Below, one piece after another: positions 47,350 to 56,945 of a stretch of DNA of 64,000 nt; positions within the stretch are counted from its first letter, which is position 1, and the number at the start of each line of letters is the position of its first letter. Location of the stretch: the NCBI GenBank assembly GCA_049523135.1, contig JBEKNE010000001.1, positions 455,009-519,008 of the forward strand. Direction: 5' to 3'. Source of the DNA: Candidatus Microgenomates bacterium (lineage in GTDB: Bacteria > Patescibacteriota > Microgenomatia > UBA8517). The position numbers were made by a program, and so were the translations under genes. The notes under the pieces are model-generated. The model was not told the DNA's origin and did not search any database. It saw only the letters and a list, made by a program, of their open reading frames with translations.

Positions 47350-48954
47350 CTATTTTTTAGCTGCAGCTTTCAAAAACTCAACAAAAATTGGGTGGGGAGA
47401 AAGAGGACGACTGATATACTCCGGGTGAAACTGTGTTCCTACAAAAAACGGGTGATCTTTTAGTTCAATTGCCTCAACCAATTTTCCATCAGGGGAAGTG
47501 CCGCTAATTATAAATCCGGCTTTCTCAAAACTCTCCCTGTATTTATTATTGAATTCATATCTGTGTCTATGTCTTTCATTTAAAACATTATCTTTTCCGT
47601 AGATTTTATGAAGTAAAGTTCCTTTTTTAATTTTAAGTTGCCAGGCTCCAAGTCTGATCGTTCCCCCGAACTGCTTATTTTTTATAAGTTCTTTTTGATA
47701 ATCCATTGTATGGATAACCGGATGTTTTGTTCCGTCTTCTGCCTCTTCCGTATTGGCATCTTTCAAACCCAAAACATCACGAGCAAACTCAATTGTTGCC
47801 ATCTGCATTCCAAAACAAAGTCCAAGATAGGGAATATTATTCTCGCGGGCATATTTTATTGCGGAAACTTTGCCTTCAATCCCACGTTTTCCCCATCCTT
47901 GAGGAACCAAAATTGCATCCATTTGGGAAAGATCCATTTTTTCATCTTCCGAATCAACCCAATTTATATTTATTCCTATTCCCGTTTTGGCCGAAGCATG
48001 TCTCAAAGCTTCAACTACGCTCACATACGCATCTTGCAGAATATAGTCCCCGCTTCTTTGGTATTTTCCGACAATTCCGATTTTTACAGTTTTTTGTTTC
48101 TTGGCTTGAACTTTCTTTACCATCTCGATCCATTTTTCCAAATCCGATTTTCCCGCTTTAAATCCAAGTTTTTTCAACACTTTCAAATCCAATTTTTCTT
48201 TTTTGAGAAATAAAGGAACTTTATACACAGAGTCCAAATCGGGGTTACTGATAATGTTCTCAATAGGAAGACCAGATGCAAGGGCAATTTTTTCTTTTCT
48301 TTTATCGTCAACAACTCTTTCGGCTCTGCCAACCACGAAATCCGGCATAATTCCCAATGAATTAAGAGTAGATATCGATTGTTGGAGAGGCTTGCTTTTA
48401 AGTTCCCCAATATTTCCTGGGGCAGGCAGATAACCTACATGAACCAAGACAACATCTTTAGGATATTGAAGTTTTAGTCTTCTGTAGGACTCAAAAAATA
48501 AAAGTCCTTCATATTCGCCAACTGTGCCCCCAAGCTCTATTATGATTATATCCGCTTTGTTTATTTCCCCCGCTTTCTGCCACCTTTTTATAATCTCCGG
48601 AGGGATATGGTGATAAGGCTCAACACACTTGCCTTCATAGTCGAGCGCCCGCTCTTTATCTAAAACAAATTTGTAAATTAACCCGTTTGTTAGGTAATTA
48701 TCGCGGGATAAATTAACTCCCAGAAATCTTTCATAATGCCCGAGATCCTGATCGGTTTCGATTCCGTCATTGGTAACAAAAACTTCCCCGTGTTCAATTG
48801 GATTCATTGTACCCGCGTCAATATTAAGGTACATATCACATTTCATTATGGTAACTTTGTAGCCCCTGCTTTGAAGAAGGAGTCCGAGGGAGGCGGCGGT
48901 TATGCCTTTACCGAGGCCGGAGAGAACACCACCAGAAACAATAATATACTTCAC
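47350..48954 (-). CDS. pyrG: CTP synthase
   Basis: KYIIVSGGVLSGLGKG synthase N-terminus and a C-terminal GATase (GLCFGMQ, HPE). The ORF track start at 49014 is also GTG and would overlap tRNA-Arg, so the GTG at 48954 is preferred. Confidence 0.9.
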   Translation of the reverse strand: MKYIIVSGGVLSGLGKGITAASLGLLLQSRGYKVTIMKCDMYLNIDAGTMNPIEHGEVFVTNDGIETDQDLGHYERFLGVNLSRDNYLTNGLIYKFVLDKERALDYEGKCVEPYHHIPPEIIKRWQKAGEINKADIIIIELGGTVGEYEGLLFFESYRRLKLQYPKDVVLVHVGYLPAPGNIGELKSKPLQQSISTLNSLGIMPDFVVGRAERVVDDKRKEKIALASGLPIENIISNPDLDSVYKVPLFLKKEKLDLKVLKKLGFKAGKSDLEKWIEMVKKVQAKKQKTVKIGIVGKYQRSGDYILQDAYVSVVEALRHASAKTGIGININWVDSEDEKMDLSQMDAILVPQGWGKRGIEGKVSAIKYARENNIPYLGLCFGMQMATIEFARDVLGLKDANTEEAEDGTKHPVIHTMDYQKELIKNKQFGGTIRLGAWQLKIKKGTLLHKIYGKDNVLNERHRHRYEFNNKYRESFEKAGFIISGTSPDGKLVEAIELKDHPFFVGTQFHPEYISRPLSPHPIFVEFLKAAAKK

Positions 48955-49009
48955 TCTGGAACTACTTATATCACATTCGCTTGAGAAGATGTCAAGAGGA
49001 AAATTTTTG

Positions 49010-49081
49010 TGCACCTGGGGGGAATTGAACCCTCATCAATAGTTCCGAAGACTATTGCTTTATCCGTTAAGCTACAGGTGC
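49010..49081 (-). tRNA. tRNA-Arg(UCG)
   Basis: Manual fold: acceptor GCACCTG/CAGGTGC; anticodon stem ATAGT/ACTAT with loop CTTCGGA; T-loop TTCAATT. Confidence 0.8.
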
Positions 49082-49107
49082 TAGTTTCAGCTATAATTGT
49101 ATCAAAT

Positions 49108-50184
49108 ATGCTAACAATTGACGAACAAATCGCCCAAATCGAGGAAACACTCAGTAAAACTCCGCACCATAAAGCCACAAACGGATTTATCGGGGCAATG
49201 AGAGCAAAGATAGCGCGTCTAAGAGATGAAGAGGTAGAAAAGGCAAGTAAAGGAAAAGGCGGCGGCGGCGGATACCAGGTTAAAAAACAAGGAGATGCAA
49301 CTGTTGTTTTGGTCGGACCACCTTCTTCGGGAAAATCCACTCTTATCAACCAACTGACCAATGCGGAGAGTAAAGTTGCTCCTTATGAATTTACCACGGT
49401 TACCGTTGTTCCGGGAATGCTTAAATATAGGCAGGCCTACATTCAAATCCTGGATATTCCAGGACTCATTGAAGGAGCAAAGGAAGGAAAAGGAAGGGGC
49501 AAAGAAGTTTTGTCTGTCGCCAGAGCCGCTGATTTATTAATCATCATGACCGATGCTAAAAGAATAAATCTATTTGCGGGCATGTATAAAGAATTGACCG
49601 ACTTTGGAATAAGAATTAATGAAATTCCTCCAAAGGTGTTAATCGATAGAAAATCCGAAGGAGGACTTGATGTATTCTCAAATATTAAACAAATAATCGA
49701 TAAAGAAACAATTAAGAATATTGCCCGTGAATACGGAATTAAAAATGGCACAATAACTCTTCTTGAAAAAGTTAGTTTAAACCGTCTTTTTGATGCTTTT
49801 TCAGTAAATAGGGTTTATATTCCTGCAATTTTCATTATTAATAAAATTGATGAAGAACCAAATTACAAAGAATTGATTGACGGAGAATATGTAGCAATAA
49901 GCGCGGATAGGGGAGACAATATTGACGAATTAATAAATGAAATGTGGAAAGCCTTAAAATTTGTTACTGTATATTTAGTAAAACCTAATGAAGAAATCGG
50001 ACTCGGAAGTCCTATTGTTATGAAACAGTCGGAAACCATAAGAGATGTTGCACTAAAAATCGGACCGGACTTTGCGGAAAGAAACAAACTTGTTAAAATC
50101 TGGGGAGTGGGCGCAAAATTTGACGGTCAGGAAGTTTCTTTCGATACAAAAGTTGAGGAGGGAATGCAAATCCGATTTTTTTAA
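49108..50184 (+). CDS. DRG-family (developmentally regulated GTP-binding protein-like) GTPase with C-terminal TGS domain
   Basis: N-terminal helix KTPHHKATNGFIGAMRAKIARLR as in Drg/Rbg1. G1 motif VGPPSSGKSTL. C-terminal TGS. The start is an internal Met because the track ORF begins inside tRNA-Arg. Confidence 0.78.
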   Translation: MLTIDEQIAQIEETLSKTPHHKATNGFIGAMRAKIARLRDEEVEKASKGKGGGGGYQVKKQGDATVVLVGPPSSGKSTLINQLTNAESKVAPYEFTTVTVVPGMLKYRQAYIQILDIPGLIEGAKEGKGRGKEVLSVARAADLLIIMTDAKRINLFAGMYKELTDFGIRINEIPPKVLIDRKSEGGLDVFSNIKQIIDKETIKNIAREYGIKNGTITLLEKVSLNRLFDAFSVNRVYIPAIFIINKIDEEPNYKELIDGEYVAISADRGDNIDELINEMWKALKFVTVYLVKPNEEIGLGSPIVMKQSETIRDVALKIGPDFAERNKLVKIWGVGAKFDGQEVSFDTKVEEGMQIRFF

Positions 50185-50185
50185 T

Positions 50186-51028
50186 ATGGAACTATTTTAT
50201 GAACTAGTTGACAGCGGAAACGGAAAACGTTTGGAAAGATACGGAAAGTATCTTCTTGATCGGCCTGATCCTCAAATAATCTGGAAAAAGACTTTGTCTG
50301 AAGACGATTGGCAAAAAGCTGATGCTATCTTTCAAAAACTAACCGAGAATAAAGGTAGGTGGATTGTTAAAACAAATATCCCGGAAAAATGGGAACTGGA
50401 ATATAACGATATTAAATTCTGGTCAAAACTTTCTCCTTTTAAACACACCGGAGTTTTCCCTGAGCAAACCGAACAATGGGATTATATTTATGAAAAGATA
50501 AAAGGTGAGAGTCATGAGGTAAAAGTTCTGAATCTTTTTGCGTACACGGGCATAGCCAGCCTCTTTGCGGCAAAAGCGGGTGCAAAAGTAACACATGTTG
50601 ATGCAAGTAAACCTGCAATTACATGGGCGAATGAAAATAGAGAACTTAACGACAAAAATTTACCGATCAGATGGATTATTGATGATGCAATTAAATTTAC
50701 CTCGAGGGAAATCAAAAGGGGAATTAAATATGATGCCATCATCATGGATCCTCCCATTTACGGACACGGACCAGCAGGTGAAATTTGGGATTTTAACAAA
50801 GATTTTCCGATACTTCTTTTCAATTGCAAACAAATTTTATCTGATAATCCGTTATTCGTATTGGTAAATGCTTATGCAATTTCATCTTCATCTATTACTT
50901 TGGCTAATACCTTAAATGACTATTTCGGATCACTTGGCGGGAATATTGAAAATGGAGAACTTACATTAAAAGAGAAAAGTGCCGGTCGCCTTCTTTCCAC
51001 AGGCATTTGGGCAAGATGGTCTAAATAG
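50186..51028 (+). CDS. class I SAM-dependent methyltransferase (RlmI/YcbY-like, DPPxY motif)
   Basis: LFAYTGIASL and DAIIMDPPIYGHG motifs. The ATG follows immediately after the GTPase stop. Confidence 0.65.
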   Translation: MELFYELVDSGNGKRLERYGKYLLDRPDPQIIWKKTLSEDDWQKADAIFQKLTENKGRWIVKTNIPEKWELEYNDIKFWSKLSPFKHTGVFPEQTEQWDYIYEKIKGESHEVKVLNLFAYTGIASLFAAKAGAKVTHVDASKPAITWANENRELNDKNLPIRWIIDDAIKFTSREIKRGIKYDAIIMDPPIYGHGPAGEIWDFNKDFPILLFNCKQILSDNPLFVLVNAYAISSSSITLANTLNDYFGSLGGNIENGELTLKEKSAGRLLSTGIWARWSK

Positions 51029-51222
51029 CAGAGAGTCTCCAAATTTTGACTTCTGACATACCTGAGACTACACTTTTAAAGATTTTCAATTAACCATATT
51101 TTGCTTGGTTAAACATGAAATAATTCGCTCATTTATATTAAGAAAGGTAGGTGCAAACGAAAAGAAGTTAACAGATTTAACTATAACCAATTTTTATTAT
51201 GTTCCCGAAAAGGAGGGGAACT

Positions 51223-51777
51223 ATGAAAAACAATCGTTTTACGCTGCTTTCTCTATCGCTAATCTTATTTGTATGCATGACTGGATGTGGAACTTTACAG
51301 ACGCCACCTACGGCAACACCCGTACCGACTACGGTACCTGTTCCGACAGAAACGCCCGTTCCTACATTAACGCCAATGCCTACAAATACACCCACCAATA
51401 CGCCTGTTCCCATAATGCTCTATATTGGGACAAACCCGGATGTTAGTTTTGACGTAACGTCATCAAATGTAGAAAATTTGAAGATCACCGTTCCGTTCGG
51501 CAAGAACGAGACCTGTACGATCGGACCTCTCGAAGACCTGTTTGTCGCCTCGGACGGTTCCTTCTTCTACACATTTAAGATCCAGAGTGATACTTCAAAA
51601 CCTGACATCTATATTACCGGTAAGATTAGTGGAGATAGTGCCGAAGGAAACTACTCGCTGGATATTTGCGAAATCAGCGGAGTTGTTCCAACGCCCTTAC
51701 CTGCTCCCAGCGGTATTTATACATGGTCATTTACACCTGTTTACTCAGGTAGCTGGAGTGCAGTTTACAGCAATTAG
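51223..51777 (+). CDS. lipoprotein with Pro/Thr-rich linker and C-terminal beta domain (paralog family member 1)
   Basis: Signal peptide + lipobox (LFVCMTGCG). PT-rich linker. Domain conserved with 54869..55420. Confidence 0.6.
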   Translation: MKNNRFTLLSLSLILFVCMTGCGTLQTPPTATPVPTTVPVPTETPVPTLTPMPTNTPTNTPVPIMLYIGTNPDVSFDVTSSNVENLKITVPFGKNETCTIGPLEDLFVASDGSFFYTFKIQSDTSKPDIYITGKISGDSAEGNYSLDICEISGVVPTPLPAPSGIYTWSFTPVYSGSWSAVYSN

Positions 51778-51992
51778 TTGTTTGTAAGATTTTCTGCTAT
51801 CAACCCCGCATTTTTACGTCGAATGTCGACAAAAAGTACGGGGTTCATTTTTAAGGAAAAACCTCGATCCGAAAGTAAAAGCAATATATAGAAAGTGGAA
51901 TAACTTAAAACAATAGGTAAGACCAGCTAATTTACCAAAAATTTGAATAAAAACATATTCTCAAATACAATATACTAGCTGATTAGCCAAAA

Positions 51993-52065
51993 GGGCCGCT
52001 AGCTCAACTGGTAGAGCACCACTCTCTTAAAGTGATGGTTCTGGGTTCGAGTCCCAGGCGGCTCA
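51993..52065 (+). tRNA. tRNA-Lys(CUU)
   Basis: Manual fold: acceptor GGGCCGC/GCGGCTC; D-arm GCTCAACTGGTAGAGC; anticodon loop CTCTTAA; T-arm CTGGGTTCGAGTCCCAG. Confidence 0.88.
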
Positions 52066-52066
52066 C

Positions 52067-53455
52067 TTAAAACTTCAAATTGAGTGAAGTTTGTAAATAT
52101 GATCCAATTTTCTCAAAAAAGGTATTAAGTTGCATTTTATCTACAATTACACTTTCAATAGGAAAGCTATTTGTAATTCTTTTACCCAACTTGTCCTTTA
52201 AATATATAGATTTTATAAAAATCCCGGTTTCATCGGGAGCGGGCGACTTAAAGACGATTAAACCAACCCTCATTGGATCTATTTCAGTAAACACTAAATT
52301 TTCAAAATTAGTATTACCGGAATCACTTGTAATCGAAACCTCATTAGAATTCCAAATAGATTGACCCGTGTTCTTGGCCAATATCGCACCAAAATAATTA
52401 CTTCCGGGGTAAACTACCGGTTGAGCAAAAGCACCAAGAATTTGACCGCTTTCAATTTGTACAGGAGCCCCCGCAACTTTAGGAATTTCCTGAAGTCCTT
52501 GATAATAAGGATAAAATGTTCCGTCCCTTTTTTCCCACGAAAATTGCGAAAACGGAGATTCCGGATAATTCAAAATAAAGGGAGTTACCGCAACAACTCT
52601 TGGATCGTTCCAAACATTACTAAATGCATAGGAGTACATGGAAGAAATTTCATTTGGGTCAACACTTTGATTAGACCAACCCGTCTCCGTAATAAAAACG
52701 GGTAAATCCTTTTCAATACCAAGAGATTTAAGGTAGGTAAGCTCCCAGTCAAAAGTGTCTATCGATCCACGGCCTGTATCCGTTGCCTTTCCGGCAAAAC
52801 CGGGATTTGGATAGGAATGCGAAGTCCAGCCGTTCAGATTATCAAAAAGATTAGGCTCCGCGGCAAGCATTTTTTTAATAAATTGCCCTTCATCCATTGT
52901 TGTTGATGTATTTTTTGCAGAAGCGTCAAGCCCTGCAGGCAAAACAAAAAAATCAGGAGAAGCCGCGTGAAGTTTTGCCGCAAATTCATTCAGATAAGTT
53001 GCATAATCTGCCGGATCAATTTTTCCTCCCCACTCGGTTGCATGATTCGGCTCATTGTATATAACAATATACCTATTCTCGGTAACCCAATTTAAAGAAT
53101 TTAAAAACGCTATCCAATTATTTATTTCCGCTTCCTGAGGAGCATCCCAAGTATCACCACTTGCGCGCGTTGCTATTCTTACAATCGGAATTAAATGAAG
53201 TTTTCTCATTTGATCAAAAATTTGTTGCCAGCGGTCATGATCACGGTCAGCTTCGGTAATTACAAACGTTACGTAACCCCAATCTCCTCCGTTGGAATTT
53301 ACCAAGTTGACGGCATTCGTTAAATCCCTTTCATCGGTAATATGGATTCCTACTTTATTATTATTAACAGAAAGGGGATTATTTTCAGCAAAAACACAGG
53401 AATTTATAGTAAAAAATATAAAGATAAAAAGAGTTACTGAAAGAAACTTTTTCAT
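52067..53455 (-). CDS. secreted clan GH-A glycoside hydrolase (GH5-like)
   Basis: Signal peptide. Acid/base IVIYNEPNHA and nucleophile VFITETGWS motifs. Confidence 0.55.
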   Translation of the reverse strand: MKKFLSVTLFIFIFFTINSCVFAENNPLSVNNNKVGIHITDERDLTNAVNLVNSNGGDWGYVTFVITEADRDHDRWQQIFDQMRKLHLIPIVRIATRASGDTWDAPQEAEINNWIAFLNSLNWVTENRYIVIYNEPNHATEWGGKIDPADYATYLNEFAAKLHAASPDFFVLPAGLDASAKNTSTTMDEGQFIKKMLAAEPNLFDNLNGWTSHSYPNPGFAGKATDTGRGSIDTFDWELTYLKSLGIEKDLPVFITETGWSNQSVDPNEISSMYSYAFSNVWNDPRVVAVTPFILNYPESPFSQFSWEKRDGTFYPYYQGLQEIPKVAGAPVQIESGQILGAFAQPVVYPGSNYFGAILAKNTGQSIWNSNEVSITSDSGNTNFENLVFTEIDPMRVGLIVFKSPAPDETGIFIKSIYLKDKLGKRITNSFPIESVIVDKMQLNTFFEKIGSYLQTSLNLKF

Positions 53456-53510
53456 ACTGAATATACATTTTAGCAACAAATTGGCAAAGTTGTAATGAAG
53501 CAAAGAACAA

Positions 53511-53813
53511 ATGCAAATGAAGAAAATCCAAAATGAATCCGCATATACCAAAGAATTCTACGAAAAAAGCGCCGATCTTTTTAAAATTCTGTCCAACGCT
53601 AAAAGACTTGAAGTACTTAATTTAATCAAAGATAAAGAAGTTACCGTTAATGACCTTTCCAAAATACTCGGAACTAGAAAATCAAATACTTCACAACACC
53701 TTGCATACTTAAGATATACAGGACTTGTCAAAACCAGAAGACAGGGTAAAAATGTTTTCTATAAACTTGCAGATCCCAAAATTGTCAAACTCTGCAAAAT
53801 TTTAACTGAGTAA
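53511..53813 (+). CDS. ArsR/SmtB-family transcriptional regulator
   Basis: LFKILSNAKRLEVLNLIKDKEVTVNDLSKILGTRKSNTSQHLAYLRYTGLV is an HTH_5 signature. Confidence 0.75.
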   Translation: MQMKKIQNESAYTKEFYEKSADLFKILSNAKRLEVLNLIKDKEVTVNDLSKILGTRKSNTSQHLAYLRYTGLVKTRRQGKNVFYKLADPKIVKLCKILTE

Positions 53814-53826
53814 AATCTTCTTTTTG

Positions 53827-53898
53827 TGACCCTGGGAAGAATCGAACTTCCATCTCGTTCTTAGAAGGAACTTGCTCTATCCGTTGAGCTACAGGGCC
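53827..53898 (-). tRNA. tRNA-Arg(UCU)
   Basis: Manual fold: acceptor GGCCCTG/CAGGGTC; anticodon loop CTTCTAA; T-arm GGAAGTTCGATTCTTCC. Confidence 0.82.
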
Positions 53899-53965
53899 TC
53901 GTGAGCGGGCGATGGGAGTCAGACCCACCCTCTTCTTCTTGGCAAGAAGACGTTTATTCGATAAA

Positions 53966-54646
53966 CTACGCCCGCATTTCAGTTGCTAACAAATCTATCC
54001 ACTGCTTCATTTTAATATTATCCTCGACACTCGAATAGTATATATCACACATTCCATTTATTACTTTATGTTTCGTAATTCCACTCTTACTTGGTAAGAC
54101 TTGGGTTTTAATAAATTGTCGTTTATCCAAATTCAAACTTTTTGCCCAAAAATCTAACGCCTTTTTTTCATTTATGTCATTATAAATAAAAATCTCCGCT
54201 CTCAATTTATCTTCCGGTATATTCAGTACTTCACGATAAAACCTAATCATCACTTTTAGCATTCTTACATCAGAATTAACAAAAGCAATTCTACCGCATT
54301 CAGTTTTATTACCTTCTCCCCAATAAATTGCCAAGCCTAGTACGAAAAGTCTATCTTCTTTTAATTTTAAATATTCATCTTTTGCACTATACCTATAATT
54401 TTCATATTTTATTAAAGTCTGAAGATGTTTTATTCTGTTGATTTTTCTCAAATAGTTAGAACTTCTTCTTTCATTTTCGGCAATTAATTGAATTTTAATT
54501 GTCTCGGACCAACTTTTATCAGATAATCAATTACTTATTGTACTCTTAGCTAAGTTTAAATTATTGCTGATTTCAGAGTAACTCTTTCCACTTTTTCTAA
54601 ACTCAATAACCTTTTTGTATAAACGTTTATTACGCACAATTGACAT
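53966..54646 (-). pseudogene. HTH + LAGLIDADG-like homing endonuclease-like gene interrupted by an in-frame TGA
   Basis: ATG at 54646 gives 39 codons (HTH-like KVIEFRKSGKSYSEISNNLNLAKSTIS), then TGA at 54527-54529, then the same frame continues into ORF 53966..54451 (LGLAIYWGEGNK is a LAGLIDADG-like motif). Confidence 0.4.
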
Positions 54647-54868
54647 ACATATAATATGTTAATACGAAAGTTCGAAATTTCAATGTACAAATAACTATGT
54701 CGAGAACGATGCTGTACTAGAACATTCTCGACAGGCTTAATTTTACAACAAAAGACCGGGAAACTCTATATTTGAACAGTTTGACTATATTCATATTATA
54801 AGGTACACTCGGCCGGTAAGTACTTTTGCTCATTAAAATCTATTTTATTCACATCAAGGAGGTGTGAA

Positions 54869-55420
54869 ATGAAAATAAAAGTTTTGCTTTTTGTATTTGT
54901 ATTAACATCAGTTATCAGTTTGTATTCGTGTGGACAAGCTCCCGCAACAGAATTACATGAAGCGGCAGACACACCACTACCGATAAATACACCCGTACCC
55001 ACGGGGACATCCGTTGCGACCGTAATACCGTCCGCAACAAAAACATTCGGTCCGACCGAAACTCCAACAAGAATTCCGGTAATAAACGGTCATTTTATAG
55101 GGACTAACCCAATAGTTTCGTTTGATGAAATTTTATGGGAAATAACAAACTTTAAAATTACCGTTCCTTTTAAAAACAATACAACCTGTACTCTTAGTCA
55201 CCCGTATTTTATGGACATAGATTCGAAGGGTACTTTTTCATACTCTGTCTATGTATGGGGGAATTCTAAAGAACCGGACATTATTGTTACGGGTAAATTA
55301 AACGATAATTCCATAAGCGGAACATATTCTATAGATATCTGTTATGGAAATGAATACTCAGATAAGACAATTTCTCCATATACAGGTACTTGGAATGCAA
55401 TTTTGAATGGCTCCGACTAA
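54869..55420 (+). CDS. lipoprotein, paralog family member 2
   Basis: Signal + lipobox (ISLYSCG), PT-rich linker, and a domain homologous to 51223..51777 (IGTNP.VSFD...KITVPF...C..IDIC). Confidence 0.6.
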   Translation: MKIKVLLFVFVLTSVISLYSCGQAPATELHEAADTPLPINTPVPTGTSVATVIPSATKTFGPTETPTRIPVINGHFIGTNPIVSFDEILWEITNFKITVPFKNNTTCTLSHPYFMDIDSKGTFSYSVYVWGNSKEPDIIVTGKLNDNSISGTYSIDICYGNEYSDKTISPYTGTWNAILNGSD

Positions 55421-55443
55421 AGGCTACGAAAGGGGTATTAATA

Positions 55444-56136
55444 ATGATAATAAGAAAGTTAATACAAATTATCTTTATGGCTGTGTTACTTGTACCGATA
55501 TACAGTTGTGGAATTGCAAAAACACAAGTCACAAGTACACCGGCGCCAACGATAACTCCCACCACAATGGAGGATTTTAGTTCTATATTTCCTACAGCGC
55601 TTCCTCCTGGTAAACCGGTAATAGACGTTACTTTGCAAATAAAGAATATGCCTGATAATGGTGTAGGACTCGGTGGTTACTGGGCTAATTTAACGTTTAA
55701 TACTTATGCGAAATTCTGGGCACTGGGTAACGGGAAATATGAATGTTACGAATATGACAATGGTAACTTCATAACATTCGGGGGACTAAGTCCTGGCCTT
55801 ACGGGTACCGTAGCAGCTGGAATACAAGGGCGTTATATCGTCAAATCCATAGGAATAATAACCGGAATGTTACTGTCTTCTCCCATGAAACCTACAAGTG
55901 GTTTTATCGGCTCATTTGATGCCAAGGGAGATGAGAAGGGTAATACCCCCGGATTTATGGACAATCCAATGGATTGGTATTTTAAGCCCGGATGGTCCGA
56001 AACAGATTTTCCGCTTTATGAGGTTGATTATTCAACTTGCGGAAACGGCAGTTTTGGGTGGATTCTTGGCAAAGAAGGAATGCCTGTAGTCAACGGGGAT
56101 ATTGTTGGTGAGCAAACTGAGTGTCTCAATGGATAG
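55444..56136 (+). CDS. lipoprotein with PT linker (distinct C-terminal domain)
   Basis: Signal + lipobox (VPIYSCG) and a TPAPTITPTT linker. Start taken at an internal Met. Confidence 0.5.
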   Translation: MIIRKLIQIIFMAVLLVPIYSCGIAKTQVTSTPAPTITPTTMEDFSSIFPTALPPGKPVIDVTLQIKNMPDNGVGLGGYWANLTFNTYAKFWALGNGKYECYEYDNGNFITFGGLSPGLTGTVAAGIQGRYIVKSIGIITGMLLSSPMKPTSGFIGSFDAKGDEKGNTPGFMDNPMDWYFKPGWSETDFPLYEVDYSTCGNGSFGWILGKEGMPVVNGDIVGEQTECLNG

Positions 56137-56227
56137 TAAGAGATCGATCGTTTTACCCCGCATTTTTGCGTTTTACCAGAATTTCTGGATGCAAAGGTGC
56201 GGGATTTTTTTGGGTAAAATTTACTAG

Positions 56228-56300
56228 TGCTGGGAGTGTGAGTCGAACACACATCTGGGCTTCTTCAGAGCTCCGCCGTGACCACCTTGGCTATCCCAGC
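56228..56300 (-). tRNA. tRNA-Phe(GAA), atypical D-arm
   Basis: Manual fold: acceptor GCTGGGA/TCCCAGC; anticodon loop CTGAAGA; T-arm GTGTGTTCGACTCACAC; 3-bp D-stem with an 11-nt loop. One A-C mismatch in the anticodon stem. Confidence 0.55.
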
Positions 56301-56725
56301 ATTCTTTTATACGTTCGTATCCTATGACAGTTAGCGCAAACTAAATCACATTTTTTTATTTCTTTTAGGATTTTACTTTTTGCCCACCCTCCTGCTGCCA
56401 TTCCGGCAATTTCTTTTTCCTTGATTTGGCCCTCCCTATGGTCAAAGTCCATAGCACAGGGGGGATAAACTCCCCCACAATCTTTGCAAGGTTTACTCTT
56501 GACCAAATCTAAAAATTGTCTTATTTCTTTTCTGTATTTAGCTCTTCTCTTAAGAGCTAAACTCAATTGTCGTTTATGATTTAAGTAATAGTATTTTCTT
56601 CCTCTTTCCTTCATACACTCGCTACATTTTTCATAGTATTCACCTTTCCGCGGTCCTTTTTTACGAAAATAGAACATAAAAACAGATTTTTTAATACCAC
56701 ATTTAGAACATATTTTAAAGTTCAT
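56291..56725 (-). CDS. HNH homing endonuclease-like protein with N-terminal zinc ribbon
   Basis: CSKCG...CSEC ribbon. HNH core DFDHREG...CANCHRIRT. The last codons overlap the tRNA-Phe 5' end. Confidence 0.78.
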   Translation of the reverse strand: MNFKICSKCGIKKSVFMFYFRKKGPRKGEYYEKCSECMKERGRKYYYLNHKRQLSLALKRRAKYRKEIRQFLDLVKSKPCKDCGGVYPPCAMDFDHREGQIKEKEIAGMAAGGWAKSKILKEIKKCDLVCANCHRIRTYKRMLG

Positions 56726-56777
56726 AACTAACCATAACTTATTGTATATCGAAATACAATACCGTTTTTCAGACGGG

Positions 56778-56851
56778 TGGACACTGGGGGGCTCGAACCC
56801 TCGACCTCATCGATGTAAACGATGCGCTCTGGCCAACTGAGCTAAGTGTCC
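56778..56851 (-). tRNA. tRNA-Val(UAC)
   Basis: Manual fold: acceptor GGACACT/AGTGTCC; D-arm GCTCAGTTGGCCAGAGC; anticodon stem CATCG/CGATG with loop TTTACAT. Confidence 0.82.
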
Positions 56852-56856
56852 TCAAG

Positions 56857-56937
56857 TGCACCCGGAGAGACTCGAACTCTCACGCCTTTCGGCATAGCTC
56901 CTTGGGCTACCGCGTATACCAATTCCGCCACGGGTGC
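56857..56937 (-). tRNA. class II tRNA, Leu-like D-arm, anticodon unresolved (loop CCAAGGA)
   Basis: Manual fold: acceptor GCACCCG/CGGGTGC; D-arm GCGGAATTGGTATACGC; long variable arm GCCGAAAGGCGT; T-arm GAGAGTTCGAGTCTCTC. The anticodon loop lacks U33 in the best register. Confidence 0.5.
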
Positions 56938-56945
56938 TTGTAAAG

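Noticed and set aside
47104-47463. ORF 47104..47463(+) and 47141..47347(-)
   Set aside because: Overlap the integrase 3' end, tRNA-Leu(UAA) and the pyrG 3' end; spurious.
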